Shown: positions 18,078-24,140 of the stretch, in pieces | How positions within the stretch are numbered: position 1 is the first letter of the stretch | How the letters are laid out: each line of letters opens with the position of its first letter | Assembly: GCA_003488325.1 (NCBI GenBank) | Contig: DNLZ01000243.1 | Coordinates: forward strand, 1 to 24,140 | DNA: 24,140 nucleotides | Direction: 5' to 3' | Origin: Planctomycetaceae bacterium | Lineage (GTDB): Bacteria; Planctomycetota; Planctomycetia; Pirellulales; UBA1268 | The notes under the pieces: model-generated | Told to the model about the DNA's origin: nothing | Seen by the model: the letters and a program-made list of their open reading frames with translations, nothing else | The model's database searches: none | Translations under genes and position numbers: made by a program

Positions 18078-19727
18078 ATGCGGAAGTTTGTTTCCTGCCT
18101 GCTGGCGGCCGTCGCCGTCGCCGCCATGTGCACGAGCACGTGGGCGGCCGACTGCGGTGCCTGCGGCGGCGGTTGTGCCGGTGGCTGCGGTGACGCCGCC
18201 TCCAGCGCGAGCGGCTGTGGTGATGTGGGTGCCGCGTGTGGCGGCACCCGGACGGTGTACCAGCGTCAGTACGTGACCGAGATGCAGACGGTCACGGCGA
18301 CGGAGTACACCACGGAGACGCGTGAGCGGTCCTACACCGTCATGACGCGTGTTCCGAAGACCGAGACGAAGACCCGCACGGTCACCGTCATGGTGCCCGA
18401 GACGAAGACGAAGACCGTCAACTACACGGTCAATCGCAACGTCACGGAGACCAAGACGGCCGAGTACACCGTGCAGGTCCCGTACACCGAGCAGGTCGAG
18501 CAGACCTACACGGTGAACGTGCCGGTGAAGGAGGAGAAGACCTCCACCTACACCGTCATGGTGCCGAAGAGCGAGGAGCGGACCTCGACCTATACGGTCT
18601 CGGTTCCGTACACCGAGCAGGTCGAGCAGACCTACACGGCGATGGTGCCGGTGACGGAGGAGAAGACCTCCACCTACACCGTCATGGTGCCCGTGTCCGA
18701 GGAGAAGACCTCGACCTACACGGTGAGCGTGCCCTACACCGAGCAGGTCGAGCAGACCTACACGGTGAACGTGCCCTACACCGAGGAGATGAGCGGCAGC
18801 CGGACCGTGCAGAAGCGGGTTCCGGTCCAGTCGATGAAGACGGTGCAGGTGCGCGGTGGCTCGTGGCAGAACCAGATGGTCGAGGTGCCGGGTGGCACCG
18901 ACGCCTGCGGCTGCCCCTGCCCGCCGAAGCAGTGCTGCAAGCGGGTCTGGGTGCCCACGTGTGAGACGAAGGAAGTTCCCGTGACCACCTACGAGTGCGT
19001 CACCGAGGAGGTTCCCTACTCCTACACGGTCACCAAGTGCCGTCAGGAGCAGCGCAGCCGGATGGTCAGCGTCACCAAGCACCGTCAGGAGGAGCGGACC
19101 CGGACCTACACGGTCACGAGCTGCCGTCCTGAGGAGCGGACCCGGACCTACACCGTGACGAAGATGGTGCCCGAGCAGAAGACCCGGACGGTCTCTGTCA
19201 CCAAGCACCGTCAGGAGGAGCGGACCCGCACCCACACCGTCACGGTCAACGTGCCGGAGGAGCGGACCCGCACCTACACCGTCACGAAGATGGTGCCGGA
19301 GCAGAAGACCCGTTCGGTCAGCGTCACCAAGTACCGCACCGAGACGAAGACTCGGGAGTACACGGTGACGAAGTGCGTGCCGGAGACGATGACCAAGGAG
19401 GTCTCGTACACGGTCATGGTTCCGCAGCAGAAGGAAGAGTCGTACACCGTGACGACCTACGACTGCGTGCCGGAGACCAAGACGTCGACCTACACGGTCC
19501 GCGTTCCGCACACGGTCACCAAGGAGGTGCCGGTGCAGAAGTGCGTGACGGTCGCGGTCGAGGTGCCCGTCGAGGGCGGCTGTGGTGGTGATGCCGGTGC
19601 CGCCGGTGCCGGTGCCTGTGGCGACGCGGGTGCCTGCGGTGCCGCCGGTGCCTGCGGTGGCGAGGCCGCCGCGTGCGGCTCGGGTGGTCGTGGCTGCCGC
19701 AAGCGCGGCTGCCGTCGCGGCTGCTGA
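18078..19727 (+). CDS. Secreted Cys-rich YTV-repeat protein (planctomycete envelope/structural protein family), 549 aa
   Basis: GAGGAG 6 nt upstream of ATG 18078; signal peptide MRKFVSCLLAAVAVAAMCTSTWA; many 14-aa YTV repeats; Cys/Gly-rich ends. YTV repeats are known from Rhodopirellula (Pfam YTV family, recalled rather than searched). Confidence 0.92.
   Translation: MRKFVSCLLAAVAVAAMCTSTWAADCGACGGGCAGGCGDAASSASGCGDVGAACGGTRTVYQRQYVTEMQTVTATEYTTETRERSYTVMTRVPKTETKTRTVTVMVPETKTKTVNYTVNRNVTETKTAEYTVQVPYTEQVEQTYTVNVPVKEEKTSTYTVMVPKSEERTSTYTVSVPYTEQVEQTYTAMVPVTEEKTSTYTVMVPVSEEKTSTYTVSVPYTEQVEQTYTVNVPYTEEMSGSRTVQKRVPVQSMKTVQVRGGSWQNQMVEVPGGTDACGCPCPPKQCCKRVWVPTCETKEVPVTTYECVTEEVPYSYTVTKCRQEQRSRMVSVTKHRQEERTRTYTVTSCRPEERTRTYTVTKMVPEQKTRTVSVTKHRQEERTRTHTVTVNVPEERTRTYTVTKMVPEQKTRSVSVTKYRTETKTREYTVTKCVPETMTKEVSYTVMVPQQKEESYTVTTYDCVPETKTSTYTVRVPHTVTKEVPVQKCVTVAVEVPVEGGCGGDAGAAGAGACGDAGACGAAGACGGEAAACGSGGRGCRKRGCRRGC
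18465..18800 (+). repeat. YTV N-arm: 8 x 42-nt (14-aa) coding repeats with a 126-nt super-period
   Basis: Units of the type YTVxVPYTEQVEQT and YTVxVPxxEEKTST. Near-identical DNA CC(G/C)TACACCGAGCAGGTCGAGCAGACCTACACGG at 18480, 18606 and 18732. Confidence 0.9.
19023..19358 (+). repeat. YTV C-arm: 8 x 42-nt (14-aa) coding repeats with a 126-nt super-period
   Basis: Units of the type VSVTKHRQEERTRT, YTVTxxxPEERTRT and YTVTKMVPEQKTRT. GTCACCAAG anchors at 19071, 19197 and 19323. Confidence 0.9.
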
Positions 19728-19768
19728 AGGCTGAACGACGGGCTCACCAGCCGTCGCTGATGTGATCA

Positions 19769-19808
19769 GAGGGGGTCGGACGCAACGCGTCCGACCCCCT
19801 CGTTTTTT
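19769..19808 (+). terminator. Rho-independent terminator after the YTV gene
   Basis: Perfect 15-bp stem GAGGGGGTCGGACGC (19769-19783) / GCGTCCGACCCCCTC (19787-19801), AAC loop, followed by GTTTTTT. Confidence 0.9.
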
Positions 19809-20053
19809 GCGGGCTTTTTCCCCCGACGCAAGTGATTCGCCCCAGCCGGTCGGCCGATTCCAGCCTCGCACGGCACCGGAGGAATCGGGCGATCGCGGCG
19901 CGACGCGCTCCAAAAGGGCCGCCCTGGCGGTCCTGACCGACTTGCTGGCGGCAAACCCTGCGGCACGGTACCCTCTGGAGGCCGGCGAACACCCTTTTTC
20001 GCCCATCGATTTTTCTGGGTTGCCGGCCCCCGCCACCCGCTCGGACTCGTGCC

Positions 20054-20410
20054 ATGGACCAGTTTCGCAGAATCCAGACCGGCAAGAAGGGCGACATTCA
20101 CATGGTGCTCTTCAAGGACAAGAAGATCCTCGACGACACCACGCTCGACGAGATCCGTTCGGAAATGACCCAGCTCATCGGCAAGGCGTCGGGTCCGGAC
20201 GTGCTGCTCGACTTCTCGAACGTCGAGTTCATGTCGAGCGCCATGCTCGGCCTGCTCGGCCAGCTGCATCGGAAGATCTCGGCCGGCCATGGACGACTGA
20301 AGATGTGCGGCATCCGGCCGGAAATCTTCCAGGTCTTCAAACTCACGAACCTCGACAAGCTCTTCAGCATCCACAAGGATGCCCCGACCGCGCTGGCCAC
20401 CTTCACCTGA
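20054..20410 (+). CDS. STAS-domain protein (anti-sigma factor antagonist, RsbV/SpoIIAA-like)
   Basis: VLLDFSNVEFMSSAMLGLL (phospho-Ser region), GRLKMCGIRPEIFQVFKLTNLDKLF; 118 aa. Confidence 0.92.
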   Translation: MDQFRRIQTGKKGDIHMVLFKDKKILDDTTLDEIRSEMTQLIGKASGPDVLLDFSNVEFMSSAMLGLLGQLHRKISAGHGRLKMCGIRPEIFQVFKLTNLDKLFSIHKDAPTALATFT

Positions 20411-20425
20411 CGCGAGGTGGCACAC

Positions 20426-21862
20426 GTGGACGCCAGCAGCGAGGCGGCGACGGCGGAGGCACGCCCTTCCGGCGGAGTGGATGTCCTCATCGCCGAGGAC
20501 AGCCGGATGCAGGCGAAGATGCTCGAGCGTCGGCTCGTCGCCGCAGGCCATACCGTGCGCTGGGCGGAAAACGGGTCGGACGCGCTCGTGCTCGCGCGAC
20601 AACGTCGGCCCGATATCGTCATTTCCGACATTGAAATGCCGGTGATGACCGGCTACGAGTTCTGCAAGTCGCTCAAGTCGGACCCGTCCCTGCGGACCGT
20701 CCCCTTCATCCTGCTCTCCACGCTCGCGGATCCGATCGACATCATCCGCGGCCTCGACGCCGGCGCGGACAACTACGTCACCAAGCCGTACGAGCCCGAA
20801 TACCTCCTCGGACGCATGGAGTCGCTCCTCGCGACGCCGCTGCAGGTCGAGGACGAGGCGGAGTCGGTGCTCGAGGTCAAGCTCGCCGGGCAGACGTTTC
20901 GCGTGCGTGCGGGACGCCAGCAGGCCCTCAATCTGCTCGTCTCGACGTTCGAGAACGCGGTGGCGAAGAACCGCGAACTGATCGTCGCCAACCAGGATCT
21001 CTCGATCGCCCGCGACAGCCTGCAGAAGTCCAACTCGGAATTGCGCGAGCTCAACGAGGAGATTTCCCGGATCAACGCCCACATGGTGCGGGATCTGGAG
21101 GCGGCGGCCCGCGTGCAGCGCTCGCTCCTGCCCGCCGAGGACATGACGCTGCCCTCGGCGAACGTCGCCTGGCGGTACGTCCCATGCCAGGGCCTGGCGG
21201 GAGACTTTCTCAATTTCTTCCCGCTCGACGAGGAGCACGCCGGCCTGTTCGTCGTCGACGTGAGCGGCCACGGGGTGCCGTCGTCCCTGATGGCCGTGAC
21301 GGTGGGACGCTTCCTCGTGCCGAAGGTGTCGGACTCGGCCGTGCTCGTCCGGCAGGGTCCCGATGGCCGACCCGTGATCGTGCCCCCGGCGGAGGTCGCG
21401 ACCCAGCTCAACCGCCTCTTCCAGGCCGACGAGTTCTCCGGCCTCTACTTCACGATGCTCTACGCGGTGCTCCACCTGCCGACCGGGAGGCTCGACTACG
21501 TGTCGGGAGGGCACCCGGCGCTCGTGCGGGTGCCGGGCGACGGCGCCGATCTCGAGTTTCACGCCGCCGAGGGATTTCCGATCGCGTTCGTTCCCGAGAT
21601 CGAGTACGCGCAGCAGTCGCTCCAGCTCTCCCCGGGTGACCGCATCTACTTCTATTCCGACGGCGTGCCCGAGGCGATGGATGCGGAGAAGAACCCGTAC
21701 GGCGACGAGGCGATGGCGGCCTGCATGCGGGCCGCCCGCGACCTGCCGCTCGAGGAGAGCGTGGCGTCGCTGCTCGCCGCGGTCGAGACGTGGTGTCAGC
21801 CGAACGGCCCGCTCGACGACATTTCCATCCTCGGCCTCGAGTGGCGGCCATCGTCGGGCTGA
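20426..21862 (+). CDS. Response regulator receiver + PP2C/SpoIIE Ser phosphatase (RsbU/RsbP-like)
   Basis: REC domain: AEDS, DIVISDIEMP (phospho-Asp), LLST, TKP. Coiled-coil linker. PP2C motifs AGDF, VVDVSGHG, YSDGVPE and DDISIL. GAGGTG lies 6 nt before GTG 20426; the alternative start is GTG 20417. Confidence 0.95.
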   Translation: MDASSEAATAEARPSGGVDVLIAEDSRMQAKMLERRLVAAGHTVRWAENGSDALVLARQRRPDIVISDIEMPVMTGYEFCKSLKSDPSLRTVPFILLSTLADPIDIIRGLDAGADNYVTKPYEPEYLLGRMESLLATPLQVEDEAESVLEVKLAGQTFRVRAGRQQALNLLVSTFENAVAKNRELIVANQDLSIARDSLQKSNSELRELNEEISRINAHMVRDLEAAARVQRSLLPAEDMTLPSANVAWRYVPCQGLAGDFLNFFPLDEEHAGLFVVDVSGHGVPSSLMAVTVGRFLVPKVSDSAVLVRQGPDGRPVIVPPAEVATQLNRLFQADEFSGLYFTMLYAVLHLPTGRLDYVSGGHPALVRVPGDGADLEFHAAEGFPIAFVPEIEYAQQSLQLSPGDRIYFYSDGVPEAMDAEKNPYGDEAMAACMRAARDLPLEESVASLLAAVETWCQPNGPLDDISILGLEWRPSSG

Positions 21863-22611
21863 CCGCGGACGGCCGGATCGACCTCGCCCGCCGGTCCGAC
21901 GAGCGCGATCCGCCCGTCGAGGTGCTCGACGAGGGCCGTGCAGTGCTCGACCCAGTCGCCGCAGTTGTGGTAGTCGATTCCGTCGAGGCGACGGATGGCC
22001 GGCACGTGGATGTGCCCGCACACGACGCCGGCGCAGCCCTGCTGCCTGGTGTAGCGCACGACGAACGATTCGAAGTCGTTGATGAAGTTGACCGCCGACT
22101 TCACCCGGGTCTTGAGCGCCGAACTGAGCGACCAGGCCGGATACCCGAGACGGCGGCGGGCGACGTTCATCCACCGGTTGAGGTGGAGCGCCGCGGTGTA
22201 GGCGCGATCACCGAGGTGGTACACCCACGCCGCGTGCTTGGTGAGGTGATCGAAGCAGTCGCCGTGGATGACGAGGAGCCTGCGGCCATCGACCGTGACG
22301 TGCACGAACTGGTCCGCCAGTTCCATGTGGCCGAAGGTGTGCGGGGCAAACTGCCTGAGAAACTCGTCGTGGTTGCCCGTGACGTAGAAGACCCGGGTGC
22401 CGTGCTTGAGCATCCCGAGCACGCGGCGAACGACGAAACTCGCGGTGTCGTCCCAGACGAAGGTGCGCTTGAGTTTCCAGCCGTCGATGATGTCGCCCAC
22501 GAGGTAGAGCCGGTCGGGCTCGTAGCGGCCGAGAAAGTCGTGGAGTTCCTGCGACTGCGAGAAGGGGCAGCCGAGATGGACGTCGGAAATGAACAGGGCC
22601 CGGACCCTCAT
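21796..22611 (-). CDS. Calcineurin-like metallophosphoesterase of the LpxH2/PlcP type (often auto-annotated UDP-2,3-diacylglucosamine diphosphatase)
   Basis: SDVHLG, LVGDIIDGW, GNHDE, HGD, GHIH, NCGDWVE, plus WSLSSALK..VK.AVNFI. GGAGGT lies 6 nt before ATG 22611. Confidence 0.9.
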   Translation of the reverse strand: MRVRALFISDVHLGCPFSQSQELHDFLGRYEPDRLYLVGDIIDGWKLKRTFVWDDTASFVVRRVLGMLKHGTRVFYVTGNHDEFLRQFAPHTFGHMELADQFVHVTVDGRRLLVIHGDCFDHLTKHAAWVYHLGDRAYTAALHLNRWMNVARRRLGYPAWSLSSALKTRVKSAVNFINDFESFVVRYTRQQGCAGVVCGHIHVPAIRRLDGIDYHNCGDWVEHCTALVEHLDGRIALVGPAGEVDPAVRGQPDDGRHSRPRMEMSSSGPFG

Positions 22612-22728
22612 GATCGACACCTCCGCGTGTGGGGCCGTGCGTGAGCCCGTGAACGAGGTCGTCCATGCCAGCCATCCACCCTGCCACCCGTGCGGGCGAC
22701 CGGCCCTGTGCCGGCCGTCCCATGCGGC

Positions 22729-22822
22729 TCCGTGAGGCGGTGGACCCGATCCGTGATCCTCGCTGGAGGGTAGTCACGGAAACACGCGCAACGCAGCACC
22801 GATCGATGTGAGAATTCCGTGA
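22729..22822. promoter_or_regulatory. Cluster of four TCCGTGA/TCACGGA heptamers upstream of the metallophosphoesterase gene
   Basis: TCCGTGA at 22729-22735, 22750-22756 and 22816-22822; reverse copy TCACGGA at 22774-22780. Confidence 0.45.
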
Positions 22823-22898
22823 AAACGCGCGGCGCCGATCGCGTCGACCGCGTGTCGCGATCACCGGCGGAACGGGCCGACCCGCTTCAGGCACCGGC

Positions 22899-23297
22899 TC
22901 AGGCGATCGTCACGGCATGCCGCTCGAGCAGGTCGCGGGGCACGATCGACAGCGACTTCTCGTGCGTCGCCTCGAGCACGACCGGGGGCGCGTGACCCGC
23001 CTCCGCGGCCTCGAGCCATCGGGCGGCACAGAGACACCAGCGATCGCCCACGACCAGTCCCGGAAAGCCCCACTGAGGCTGCGGCGTCACCAGGTCGTTC
23101 CCCGCTCGAACGGTGAACTCGAGGAAGTCCTTCGTCATCACCGCGCAGACCGTGTGCACCCCGGCGTCGGCGGGTCCGGTGCGACAGCACCCGTCGCGGA
23201 AAAAGCCCGTCAGCGGCTCACGGGAGCAGGCGATGAGCGGTCCGCCGAGGACGTTTCGCTCCTGCGGCGTCGAGGCGGGGCGATCGAACGCGATCAT
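22899..23297 (-). CDS. DUF2237 family protein
   Basis: RNVLGGPL..CS..PLTGFFRDGCC, HTVCAVMT..FL.F....GNDLVTP, GDRWCLCAARW and PPVVLEATHE. GAGGT upstream of ATG 23297. Confidence 0.93.
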   Translation of the reverse strand: MIAFDRPASTPQERNVLGGPLIACSREPLTGFFRDGCCRTGPADAGVHTVCAVMTKDFLEFTVRAGNDLVTPQPQWGFPGLVVGDRWCLCAARWLEAAEAGHAPPVVLEATHEKSLSIVPRDLLERHAVTIA

Positions 23298-23425
23298 GGC
23301 ACACCTCGGCGGGAAGGGGATGCCACGCGTGCCGTACGGCGCCCGGGAAACCCCCAAGACTCGTATCATGGGTCGCGGGGATGCCGACGGCAAGGGTCCG
23401 TCCGCCCGCTCCCGCGGCGCCGTCC

Positions 23426-24001
23426 ATGCTCAGCCTCGCATCCACGTCGTCGGCCCGGTGGCTCGCCCAGGTCGATCGGCACCTCGACGAGGTGCTCATC
23501 GATCACGCGCACTGCGAGAAGAAGGCCGCCGGCGTGGCGATGAACCTCCTCTTCTCCTACGTCGACCGCCCGTCCGTCGCGCGATCCATGCCGGAGATCG
23601 TCACCGAGGAACTCGATCACTTCCGCCTCGTCCTCGACCTGCTTGAGCAGCGCGGCATCCGTTTCCGCAAGCTCGCCCCGGGTGGCTATGCCAAGGGTCT
23701 CCACGACCTCATCCGTCGCGACGAGCCACACCGCGCGGTCGACAGGCTGCTCGTCGCATCGCTGATCGAGGCACGCAGTTGCGAACGCTTCTCGCTGCTC
23801 GCCGAGCACGTGGCGGACGACGCGCTGCGGCGGTTCTACCGCAGCCTCTTCGAATCCGAAGCCCGCCACCACGCCACCTACGTGCGGGCAGCCTGCGACT
23901 TCGCGACCGACCGCGAGGTGCACGAACGGCTGCATGAACTGGCCGAAGCGGAGGCCGCGATCATCGACCGCGGCGACCCGCTGCCGCGCATGCACAGTTG
24001 A
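23426..24001 (+). CDS. miaE: tRNA-(ms2io6A) hydroxylase (ferritin-like di-iron)
   Basis: LIDHAHCEKKAA, EELDHF, LIEARSCERF and ESEARHH di-iron motifs. ATG 23426 gives the typical MLxLxxxxxxxW start. Confidence 0.93.
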   Translation: MLSLASTSSARWLAQVDRHLDEVLIDHAHCEKKAAGVAMNLLFSYVDRPSVARSMPEIVTEELDHFRLVLDLLEQRGIRFRKLAPGGYAKGLHDLIRRDEPHRAVDRLLVASLIEARSCERFSLLAEHVADDALRRFYRSLFESEARHHATYVRAACDFATDREVHERLHELAEAEAAIIDRGDPLPRMHS

Positions 24002-24140
24002 AGCGGATTCTGGTGGGCGCGAGCGACGCCCGGCAGTCCGGGCAGGCAGTCGAAGGGGGGCGGCGAACGCTTCTCTAGGGAACGGTCGCCGCGGCCGGAC
24101 CATTCGCACGCCTGGAGGCGTACGCCACAGGGAGAATCGA

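Noticed and set aside
18153-18245. Cys/Gly-rich segments as RiPP or bacteriocin precursor cores
   Set aside because: They are ends of a 549-aa Sec-exported protein, and no YcaO, radical SAM, lanthipeptide or peptidase-transporter genes are nearby.
18465-19358. Regular DNA repeats that could be taken for a CRISPR array
   Set aside because: They are in-frame, degenerate 42-nt coding repeats with no unique spacers, and there are no cas genes in the window.
19942-19974. TTGCTG...TACCCT as a promoter for the STAS gene
   Set aside because: The 21-nt spacer is too long for a sigma70 promoter.
24027-24140. Short GCCCGG/CCGGGC hairpin and possible ribosome-binding site at the window end
   Set aside because: The stem is short, there is no U-tract, and the downstream context is outside the window.

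Overview
GC-rich bacterial chromosomal segment, most likely from a planctomycete (Pirellulales-like). That assignment is inferred from the YTV-repeat protein, the NTF2/SnoaL lipoprotein, the protease-less PDZ protein and the STAS protein style. In order, the window holds: a partial conserved hypothetical gene (minus strand, missing from the ORF track); bifunctional ribBA; a five-gene Opp/Dpp/Yej-type ABC importer with a coupled alpha/beta-hydrolase; a stand-alone degenerate Fe-ADH-like N-terminal domain; a TPM + TM + long helical protein; a PDZ protein; a secreted protein of unknown function; an NTF2-like lipoprotein; a SASA-family O-acetylesterase; a 549-aa secreted YTV-repeat protein with its own strong terminator; a STAS + REC-PP2C partner-switching pair; a PlcP/LpxH2-type metallophosphoesterase; a DUF2237 protein; and miaE. 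I saw no rRNA, tRNA, CRISPR array or mobile element. The standout is the YTV protein. Two arms of eight 14-aa repeats sit mirror-symmetrically around a central Cys-rich turn, with opposite net charge and mirrored 126-nt higher-order periods. This suggests a single, roughly 70 nm fold-back beta-hairpin rod with Cys/Gly cross-linking ends. All family calls come from motif recognition and memory; no database searches were run.
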